A DNA stretch of 64,000 bases, taken from positions 32,001 through 96,000 of IMG/VR virus record IMGVR_UViG_3300038673_000220; one strand, given 5' to 3'. Both the position numbers and the translations under genes were made by a program. Position 1 is the first letter of the stretch. Each line of letters opens with the position of its first letter. This DNA comes from a virus (Duplodnaviria > Caudoviricetes). Below, piece after piece: positions 56,500-64,000 of this stretch. Below the pieces are notes generated by a model. It was given only the letters and a program-made list of their open reading frames with translations. It was not told where the DNA came from and searched no databases.

Positions 56500-58116
56500 T
56501 TGATAATGTCTGTTTCGTACGATTTTCTTAAAAGATATATAGACCCAGATACTGGACAGGTTAATTTCATTGAGATCGATTATGACCCTGAAAAGATTCG
56601 AATTGAAAAGCGTTTGTTCAACATCAGGACTTATGATGTTTTAAGGAAGAACAAATGGGGTAATGTTGATCCAGTTAATCGATTCATCCGTGAGACATTG
56701 GATGAATCTGAATATGACCAACTTGTCCAGCTCTTCGTTAAATGTAAAAGAGAATTGGTTGGAGCTGAAACTGGAGAGAGTATTGTCGACGCAGTTGTTA
56801 AGATCGACAATTATATCTATAAAACCTTTAAGAAATTAGGTATTTCTGCAAGGGTTTTCGATTTCGTTTGTCGGGATCAGTCTATATCTCTTCCTGATTT
56901 TACTAACATAGGTACACGAGATCAGGATACTCCAGAGAAAACTTTCTATGAGGATGATTACCATCTGATCAATACGATCGTTATCATAGCAAAGATGCTT
57001 TGTCCTCTATTTGGTGACATCATCAACCGAATCAAATTAGCAAATGATTCGTATAAAAGTATGAAAGAGATCGTAGCATTTGGTATCATTAATAATATCC
57101 TTCGTGAAGATTTTGAAGTTATTACGAAGAAGCTCATGAATTATATCGGAAAGATGATCGATAGATTCTTATCTGATGATCCGATGATAACTTTCAATGG
57201 TATCACGGCAACAAGCCTGACGAATTACATGTTCGCTAAGATCATCGTTAAGAATTTTACGAATCTTAATTTGTATGAGCCTGATGGAAACGTTATTCGA
57301 TCAGTTTGTGTGACATTAAAGCGGTCTATTGAAAATGAAACAAAAGGTGCTACAAAGCTCATGTATCGTGAGCGTTTTGTACCTGAGACAAGCGATGATG
57401 ATCAGAATACATCGCTTATGGAAAACTCTATCAATACGGTGAATGAACCAGTAGAAACACCCGTAATAGTTCATGAGGCGATTGAGTATTTCATTAGTGA
57501 TTTTCTTGAAAAGAATTCTGTTGATAAAGAGTTCTTTGAAGAACTTGTTCGGTATTATAAAGTAACGATCCTTCAACCAACACCTGTGAATGAGTTGATC
57601 GTTGCTTTGTTTGTGGCTGATCCAATAGGTTCTGCGTATTGTGTAAAATACATGGATATGGATATGATGATTCGTATCATTGTCATCATCCAGATCTACG
57701 CAATGAATATGGGGTTCAAATCGATCATCCCTATCTTGTCACTGATACCAACGAATACTACAAAAACGGAAATAAACGATGCTGATAATCGCATCATTCT
57801 GAATAACGGTCGTGGTAATAATCCGAATATGATTAATTACTTCATTCATTTGAATGAGTGTGTTGGTCATATTAAGGATTGGAACGGTTTCAATTTTACT
57901 GAATATATGAAGATAATCATGATGTATGTCATTGAGAATATTCATATATACAACGTTGCTCCAGGTTTACTAAATATATCTGATACTGGAACAACATACA
58001 AAGGAGACGACGACACACTCAAATACGATGAAAACATCATAGCCGAATTACATAGCTTTATGTACCATCTTCTTAAATTATCCAACGAGGATCGGAGCTT
58101 TGTTAATCAATATTAG
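56500..58116 (+). CDS. Non-virion RNAP promoter-specificity subunit (phiKZ gp68-like)
   Basis: 538 aa; T.EKTFY..DY..I......K...P.FG and D..NTS..E motifs; third gene after sbcD. Confidence 0.7.
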   Translation: MIMSVSYDFLKRYIDPDTGQVNFIEIDYDPEKIRIEKRLFNIRTYDVLRKNKWGNVDPVNRFIRETLDESEYDQLVQLFVKCKRELVGAETGESIVDAVVKIDNYIYKTFKKLGISARVFDFVCRDQSISLPDFTNIGTRDQDTPEKTFYEDDYHLINTIVIIAKMLCPLFGDIINRIKLANDSYKSMKEIVAFGIINNILREDFEVITKKLMNYIGKMIDRFLSDDPMITFNGITATSLTNYMFAKIIVKNFTNLNLYEPDGNVIRSVCVTLKRSIENETKGATKLMYRERFVPETSDDDQNTSLMENSINTVNEPVETPVIVHEAIEYFISDFLEKNSVDKEFFEELVRYYKVTILQPTPVNELIVALFVADPIGSAYCVKYMDMDMMIRIIVIIQIYAMNMGFKSIIPILSLIPTNTTKTEINDADNRIILNNGRGNNPNMINYFIHLNECVGHIKDWNGFNFTEYMKIIMMYVIENIHIYNVAPGLLNISDTGTTYKGDDDTLKYDENIIAELHSFMYHLLKLSNEDRSFVNQY

Positions 58117-59206
58117 CTCAGGATTAACGATAAGAGAAGCTGCTTCCATGGGAGAGGTTGATATACCTATCAGCCTTTCCATAGAAGCTGTAAATACTAA
58201 ATCAATCATTCGGAATGGTAGGTATAAAAAAGATCAAAGTACAAGATTCGATTTCATTAAAGAAAACGGTTCTATGGTATTAAATGGAATCTATTTCTAT
58301 ATTGAAATGATCTCTGTTGGAGTAGGTGTAAACCATTATCTTATCATTTTAAGACTGTGGGGTAAATCAACAACGTGTAAAGAATTTCTTGTAACTAAGA
58401 ACATCGAAATATTCAGAAAATCCATACTGAATATGAATATTTTATCATCAACGATAATAGCAAAAATATGTACAACGATCGGTGATGAGAATATGGATGA
58501 TGATCTTGATATGGCTGATTATCAGGCTTTAGGATTCGTTACTGAAAAACTTCCCATTATACCGAATCTAACGCAAAAGGAATACAACCAACTCAATTAC
58601 CTATCTCTATTAACTCAACCAAGATGTACTGATGTCACAAAGATCCTTCTTAACACACTCTATTTTGAAGGATTAACTTCTGTAGATTTGATCAATTTAA
58701 CAACTGGTATTGAACAACCGAACTTCATAAAGAGATGTTATCAGTACCAGCATCAAGCTGATTTTGATATCGATGCGAGTAATATCTTTATGAGGATCAT
58801 TGATATCGGTGTTTTGGATAGTATGATCATCTTAAAGAGGATACCTTATGATTCTTTTAATATCAACATCAATCTCAGAGAATATGATATAACGATCAAC
58901 ACTGTCAACACGTCAGCTGGACCGCTTTTTCCATTTGATTTCAATATGATCTATAACGAAATCGTAGGCATTCTTAATGAATTCGTTATGACTTTCTTGT
59001 ATTGTGAATCGTGTGCGAACGTATTAACGAATCAGGAGTCAGTTGTATATATTGACGATGATACCAAAATCGTCATCGACTCATTAAATATTATTAGAAC
59101 CAATGATGAAATAGTAACAATAACTTTCTATTCAGGAGATTATATTTATTCGAGAAGCTACGATCTGATCATGTTGGCTATGCTGTCCCCTGTCTTAGGG
59201 GAATAA
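58100..59206 (+). CDS. Hypothetical protein at the phiKZ gp69 (PicA/Imp1 nuclear import factor) position
   Basis: Synteny only: overlaps the end of the gp68-like gene. The ORF is secure, the function is not. Confidence 0.45.
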   Translation: MLINISSGLTIREAASMGEVDIPISLSIEAVNTKSIIRNGRYKKDQSTRFDFIKENGSMVLNGIYFYIEMISVGVGVNHYLIILRLWGKSTTCKEFLVTKNIEIFRKSILNMNILSSTIIAKICTTIGDENMDDDLDMADYQALGFVTEKLPIIPNLTQKEYNQLNYLSLLTQPRCTDVTKILLNTLYFEGLTSVDLINLTTGIEQPNFIKRCYQYQHQADFDIDASNIFMRIIDIGVLDSMIILKRIPYDSFNININLREYDITINTVNTSAGPLFPFDFNMIYNEIVGILNEFVMTFLYCESCANVLTNQESVVYIDDDTKIVIDSLNIIRTNDEIVTITFYSGDYIYSRSYDLIMLAMLSPVLGE

Positions 59207-59213
59207 TCTTTAA

Positions 59214-59224
59214 ATATATATCAT
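59214..59224 (+). promoter_or_regulatory. Phage promoter-like motif ATATATATCAT
   Basis: Exact motif upstream of ORF 59263. Confidence 0.65.
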
Positions 59225-59262
59225 ATACTGAAACCTAAAGATCTTTTTAATTGGAGGAGATC

Positions 59263-60801
59263 ATGTTACAAAATATCTATGATGAGCAAGATAATAATCA
59301 AACTGCAAGTAATAATATCATTCAAAGTATTAGTGGTAATTTCAATGTTGGAAACAGTGTATTGATTCTGCTTTCTCCACGAAATGTTTGTGATCATTAT
59401 AAACGTCCTTACGTATACAATTTCGATAACAACCTTATTGAAAATGTAGCAGAGAATATCGTTTCACATCCATCGATGCAACATAGTGTTAAAAATATCA
59501 TCAATGGCGTTCCTTCTATCAATCACGCTATTTTACCATCTTCGTATGGATTCAATATAGCGACTTCCGCTTATTCACACAGTTGGGGATTCGTTTTCAT
59601 CATCGATGATAACATGGGTCCAGGTGTTATCAACAACAACATATCGAATCGCCGTATCTTTATCGGTGTGTGTGGTCAAGAGCCTATATCGCAAATGGGA
59701 TTAGCTTCAGCTACCCCAGAAAAGTATCTGAACCCTAATTGTCAATTGATCATAACCAAACAGATGCTTATCAGGAAATACGCAACGTTTGGTTCACGAG
59801 ATTACCGTAATGCTACAAGAACTACAATCAACGATAACCTCGTTCATTATGATCAAACGCTTTGGGGTGATGGTAATGGTGACTCGACATTTTACACATT
59901 GAATCCTGGATCTATTCATAATCAAGTTAATTTTGAAGAAGATCAAATGTCAGCTATACATGATCTTGGATCGAGTATAAATGTCATGGGTTCATCTAAG
60001 ATAAAGAGTTCGTTGGAATCACCAAAGAAGCAGATGCAAGATATCTTAAATGCGATCCAATCTGGATCTCAGAATCTTTCATTCCTTTCAACTCAAGGTG
60101 ATTTTGCAGAAGAAGCTATAACTCCAATAGGTCATGGATTGGATGACACATCGACGATGTTTCAGTCATATGTTCATAGCGCCTTTAATGAGAAGAACAT
60201 CAATGATAATTCCATCAACGATGCGAATATGATTGATCCTAGAGCATTCGTTAACATATCTATGTTGATGAGTAATTATTCTCCACGTGTTTTTCCAATT
60301 AACATTCCACAGAATGACAAATTCGACATCATTCCTCAGCATTACAAGAGTTTAAATAACATCTTCTCTTCGTTGGTTTGTTCTGTGGTACCTGCATATA
60401 TGAGTAGTAGCAATATATCAGAAATAGCTTTTATGTATAATTCGTATCATGATGCTATTTCAGTTAATCATATTGCATCACCGACTACCGCCGATAATGA
60501 AACGCTTAAGCTTGCATGGCAAACTTTCGAATACCTTATCAGGAATGATCTTTTTCCGATATTGAGGCATAATGGTGGTGAATTTGATCTTCAAGTACTT
60601 TCAGTATTGAATGCAAATACTGATGTTATTTTGAATTTCCTGGATAATGAAATACTACCAGTTGGATCCATTTATCGTGAGAATACCCAACTTGGCGGTA
60701 TAACCTCATCGTTGATCGGTAATACGAACAATGTTGATACAAACTCTGTTCGGTTGAATGATCTTATCAGGCAAGTAAGTGGAAATGCCAAAATCTATTA
60801 A
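59263..60801 (+). CDS. Conserved phiKZ-like hypothetical protein
   Basis: SD GGAGGA favours ATG 59263; core-block position. Confidence 0.65.
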   Translation: MLQNIYDEQDNNQTASNNIIQSISGNFNVGNSVLILLSPRNVCDHYKRPYVYNFDNNLIENVAENIVSHPSMQHSVKNIINGVPSINHAILPSSYGFNIATSAYSHSWGFVFIIDDNMGPGVINNNISNRRIFIGVCGQEPISQMGLASATPEKYLNPNCQLIITKQMLIRKYATFGSRDYRNATRTTINDNLVHYDQTLWGDGNGDSTFYTLNPGSIHNQVNFEEDQMSAIHDLGSSINVMGSSKIKSSLESPKKQMQDILNAIQSGSQNLSFLSTQGDFAEEAITPIGHGLDDTSTMFQSYVHSAFNEKNINDNSINDANMIDPRAFVNISMLMSNYSPRVFPINIPQNDKFDIIPQHYKSLNNIFSSLVCSVVPAYMSSSNISEIAFMYNSYHDAISVNHIASPTTADNETLKLAWQTFEYLIRNDLFPILRHNGGEFDLQVLSVLNANTDVILNFLDNEILPVGSIYRENTQLGGITSSLIGNTNNVDTNSVRLNDLIRQVSGNAKIY

Positions 60802-60815
60802 AAAGGTGAAAAATC

Positions 60816-61898
60816 ATGAGTGAGATAAAGGTAGAACAATTTGTTCGATTTCTTGTTGGTCTTGGTGGAGTATATGATGTTGATGAGAATGGTTATATCA
60901 TCAATAAAGATCGAGACGAAGATAAACCGGTTCTTCTGAAGGTTGATAATCGTTATCGAAATATCATGGTGATGAAGGATGTCATTAAAGATCCTGAAGT
61001 CGTTGTTATCAATCCTCTGAATGAAAATATAACTGAGTCGAACGATGCTCGATGGTTATATATGGGGTTGACAGCTGGATTGGGTCATCGTATACTCCAC
61101 ATCATCAATCATCTGCATTTTATCATCTCTTCTGAGAAATCTGATGAAGAGCTATCGTTCTCAACTGAAGAACTGAAATTTGCAGCTCGTCATAAAGACT
61201 TCAATAAGAAGACTTTGGATGCGATCAACATCATCAGTAAGAAGCTTGAAACATTCACATATGTCTGGTATAATCGTAAACAGAAGGAAGCTCACTTGGG
61301 AAGCTCTGTTTATGATCCAGATACAATAGCTGAATTTCCACAATTCACACCGAAAGTTTGGAAGACTATCGGAAAACTCTTCGGTGAACTTTTCAATGTG
61401 AATGAGGATCTTGAGAAAGGTAAAGAAGAGCTTTATGAAAAATATACAGTTCGATCCGACCTTATCAATGTTCCAAAACTTGAATCCATTTTGAATGTTT
61501 ATTATAAGGTTTATTCTCACCTCAATAAATATCTCGAAATGTGTAATATCGATGATGCTGACTTTGTTATCGACTTGACTGAATTCGGTCATCACATCGA
61601 ACATCTCCAAGATTATTACAATAAGGCCAAATGGTTTACTGGACCGATCGGTTCAACTAAGACCGAAACTCCCCAAACGAGTATACCAACATCTGTTCCT
61701 CAGAGGAATGCTCCATTGAGAGGACATGAAGAATCATCTATTCCAGATAATCCGTTTAGACGGAATATGGATTTTGATAGATTCAGTAATCAGCCAAGTA
61801 GATTCGGTAATCAACCTCAGTTCGGTGGTCAGCAACAATTCGGTGGTCAACCACAATTCAGCGGTCAACCACAATTCGGTGGAAACGTTTACTATTAA
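60816..61898 (+). CDS. Conserved phiKZ-like protein with a QxQFGG low-complexity tail
   Basis: NPL.EN motif; C-terminal hexapeptide repeats. Confidence 0.7.
   Translation: MSEIKVEQFVRFLVGLGGVYDVDENGYIINKDRDEDKPVLLKVDNRYRNIMVMKDVIKDPEVVVINPLNENITESNDARWLYMGLTAGLGHRILHIINHLHFIISSEKSDEELSFSTEELKFAARHKDFNKKTLDAINIISKKLETFTYVWYNRKQKEAHLGSSVYDPDTIAEFPQFTPKVWKTIGKLFGELFNVNEDLEKGKEELYEKYTVRSDLINVPKLESILNVYYKVYSHLNKYLEMCNIDDADFVIDLTEFGHHIEHLQDYYNKAKWFTGPIGSTKTETPQTSIPTSVPQRNAPLRGHEESSIPDNPFRRNMDFDRFSNQPSRFGNQPQFGGQQQFGGQPQFSGQPQFGGNVYY
61803..61883 (+). repeat. 18-nt coding tandem repeat x4.5 (FGGQPQ)
   Basis: TTCGGTGGTCAACCACAA-like units at 61803, 61821, 61839, 61857 and 61875. Confidence 0.9.
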
Positions 61899-61905
61899 TT
61901 AAAAG

Positions 61906-61950
61906 ATACGCCGAAAGAGCTTTTACACTCTTTCGGCGTATTTATTTTTT
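61906..61950 (+). terminator. Intrinsic terminator, 14-bp stem
   Basis: ATACGCCGAAAGAG-N8-CTCTTTCGGCGTAT plus T tract. Confidence 0.9.
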
Positions 61951-61960
61951 AGGAGCAATC

Positions 61961-62761
61961 ATGGCTAATTTTGATTTATTTGTTGGAATATCTGTTGAGA
62001 ATAAACAACTTGAATCACGACAATTACGCGTATTCCTTCGAGAATTATTACCTCATGCTGGAGGTGATTTAAAAGACAATGCTCAAGAAGAAACGTATAA
62101 CGTGAAGGACGATCAAGGTAACCAAGTATCTGGGAGTGTTAAGACCTCAAATCATGTTGTCGCTGATTATTTTGGTTTAGAAACAAACAGAGCTTTTCCA
62201 CCTGATATCGTTAAAGGAGAACAAGTTCTTGTCTTCAAATACGAAGGTGAGGATAAATACTACTGGGTATCATTTGGTCGAGATGACAATCTCAGAAGAG
62301 GTGAGCTTCTACGATGGCAAGCTTCGGATGATATGTCAGAGATCAAAGATTTAAACGAATCGAATACATACTTTATGGAACTCGATACGAAGGTTGCGAA
62401 ACGAGCTCGTATTCACACCTCTAAATCTGATGGTGAAGCTTTTGTTTATGATATCACTATCGATTCAAAGAATAACACTTTAGTCATTACTGATGACATC
62501 AATAATACAATAGTTATCAAGTCTGATGAAGAACGTGTAACTATCAACAATTCACGAGGAAGTGTTGTTAACCTAAACAAATCTGATATAGAGATATTTG
62601 CTCCAAGGAATATTCTGATAAGAGCTGGGAATACCCTAACGCTGTGGAATCCATGTTGTATTGGGAGTGGTGGGTTTGCTGGTGGTGAGGGGCATATGAC
62701 ACGAGTAGGAGCTACTCGAGGTATGTCTGGTGATATAGCTTTCGGTGAACGAGGTAAATGA
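61961..62761 (+). CDS. Baseplate central spike protein (phiKZ gp164-like)
   Basis: NR..PPD..KGE.V.......D.YYW OB-like part followed by beta-helix-type repeats. Confidence 0.7.
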   Translation: MANFDLFVGISVENKQLESRQLRVFLRELLPHAGGDLKDNAQEETYNVKDDQGNQVSGSVKTSNHVVADYFGLETNRAFPPDIVKGEQVLVFKYEGEDKYYWVSFGRDDNLRRGELLRWQASDDMSEIKDLNESNTYFMELDTKVAKRARIHTSKSDGEAFVYDITIDSKNNTLVITDDINNTIVIKSDEERVTINNSRGSVVNLNKSDIEIFAPRNILIRAGNTLTLWNPCCIGSGGFAGGEGHMTRVGATRGMSGDIAFGERGK

Positions 62762-62762
62762 A

Positions 62763-63659
62763 ATGTCTGAAGGATTTCCTGATGTACCTGAATTAGTTGG
62801 ACAATGTCCAGCTCGTCGTAAATGTTTTTTAGATTTCACTTACTATCTCGAATGTGATGATTGGTGTGAACGACATAATCTTCTAAGAACTGAGAGAAAG
62901 TATGGTGAACCTTATCAATATTCCATCAGGATGGGGATAGGAGCTGGTAATGCTATCCGTATTTATGATGATGATGAAAATAGGATCGATCTCGAAAGTG
63001 AAGAGAAACGGATCGCTACCTCAAATAGTTTAGGTACCCTATTCGAAGTCATCGGTTCAGATATCAACAGTAAAGCTCCCAATGATATTACAGAACTAGC
63101 TTTTCATGAGATAAACTATAGCGCACCTGATATCAAGACCACTGCTAATAGGACATTGTTGGTAGGTATCACACCATGTGAAAATGAAGATGATCAAGCT
63201 GATCTTCTTTGTACTGATATAACTAAATATGAAGTTATTCACGATCCAAATACCCAATGTCGCATTTACATGGATGGTGATCGGATCACTTTAACATCAA
63301 CAGCTATTCGTCTCAAAGATGAGTACGTTCAAAATAGCTATGAACCTATTTGCGGTGGTGGAAGTTATGTTGAAGACGATGAAGAAACATCATTTATCAA
63401 CATCCGTAAAGAATACATCGAAATCAATGCAAAATGTACTATTGCATTAAATGCTGGTCAAGTTATGATCAACGGTACTCCATCGGATCCAGCTGCAACC
63501 AATGCGGCATTATCAGCTAATGCCGATGCTGCATCGGCAGCTGCTGGTGCTGCTGCATCGGCGGGAGCTATGGCTGCTTCTAATGCGACTGAGATAGCTG
63601 CGCTTAAAGATACCATAGCTGCACTAGAAGCACGAATAACTGCACTTGAGGAAGTCTAA
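62763..63659 (+). CDS. Spike-related protein with a paralogous beta-helix segment and C-terminal coiled coil
   Basis: DDENRIDLESEEKRIATSNSLGT aligns with DDINNTIVIKSDEERVTINNSRGS of the previous ORF. SD GAGG favours ATG 62763. Confidence 0.6.
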   Translation: MSEGFPDVPELVGQCPARRKCFLDFTYYLECDDWCERHNLLRTERKYGEPYQYSIRMGIGAGNAIRIYDDDENRIDLESEEKRIATSNSLGTLFEVIGSDINSKAPNDITELAFHEINYSAPDIKTTANRTLLVGITPCENEDDQADLLCTDITKYEVIHDPNTQCRIYMDGDRITLTSTAIRLKDEYVQNSYEPICGGGSYVEDDEETSFINIRKEYIEINAKCTIALNAGQVMINGTPSDPAATNAALSANADAASAAAGAAASAGAMAASNATEIAALKDTIAALEARITALEEV

Positions 63660-64000
63660 TGTTTTTCAATAAAAAACAAAAGGATTTAGATATCGAACTA
63701 TCGGCTAAAGAATTTCTTGAGCTTAATAATAGACTTGATGACATGATCAGAGAATGGATCACCGTCGAATCAATTGGAGGTTTACAAAAGAATTCAAAGC
63801 TTGCTGAATTGTTCATATTCAATATGAAACTCATCTATAGTTCTGATGTATATAACAAAGAACTCAGAGATTTCATGAATTCTAAGGTTGATGGTTCTGG
63901 AGATACTGATCTTCTGTTTAGTCGTATCCAAGATCTCTATGTAAATATCTGTTTATGCTTTCCGAGTTACTTCATTCAATCTATTCGCGAAAAGCATTTT
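63659..64000 (+). CDS. Hypothetical protein, partial (runs off the window)
   Basis: TAATG coupling; open for 114 codons (MFFNKKQKDLDIEL...). Confidence 0.7.
   Translation, partial: MFFNKKQKDLDIELSAKEFLELNNRLDDMIREWITVESIGGLQKNSKLAELFIFNMKLIYSSDVYNKELRDFMNSKVDGSGDTDLLFSRIQDLYVNICLCFPSYFIQSIREKHF

Noticed and set aside
31724-58116. Genome-wide stop-codon reassignment
   Set aside because: TGA and TAG end well-defined genes (ruvC and sbcD with TGA; ligA with TAG) and long genes read cleanly in the standard code.
1-64000. Apparent abundance of GATC/TCGA/AGCT palindromes (no restriction-site avoidance)
   Set aside because: An impression only; it needs observed/expected k-mer counts that I cannot compute.

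Overview
AT-rich 64-kb segment of a phiKZ-like (Chimalliviridae-type, probably nucleus-forming) jumbo bacteriophage. Family calls come from motifs read by eye plus recalled phiKZ gene order; no searches were run. Core genes: a family-B DNA polymerase subunit, dNMP kinase, RuvC, two-domain ThyX, the DnaB helicase/head protein/major capsid block, UvsX, many virion proteins including a 2679-aa modular fibre, a chimallin candidate followed by the non-virion RNAP beta' subunit, NAD-dependent ligase, the SbcD to gp68/gp69-like block, and a baseplate spike pair. Notable observations: (1) the polymerase subunit gene is fractured into two apparently separately translated pieces by a 1.9-kb two-gene insert carrying an endonuclease and no visible intron core; (2) an ORF-less 469-nt group I intron splits the RNAP catalytic DFDGD motif; (3) an intact TnpB-only IS200/IS605 element whose interrupted host gene can be reconstructed; (4) a 31-aa x8 repeat protein whose hypervariable residues fall on one helix face; (5) a ~530-nt promoter-to-terminator unit with no sense ORF, made of serial hairpins (candidate ncRNA); (6) a likely -1 frameshift at A_AAA_AAG; (7) a truncated second copy of the gp68-like promoter-specificity subunit; (8) a QxQFGG (FG-like) low-complexity tail near the nuclear-import gene block; (9) a recurrent ATATATATYAT promoter-like motif and long perfect terminator hairpins.
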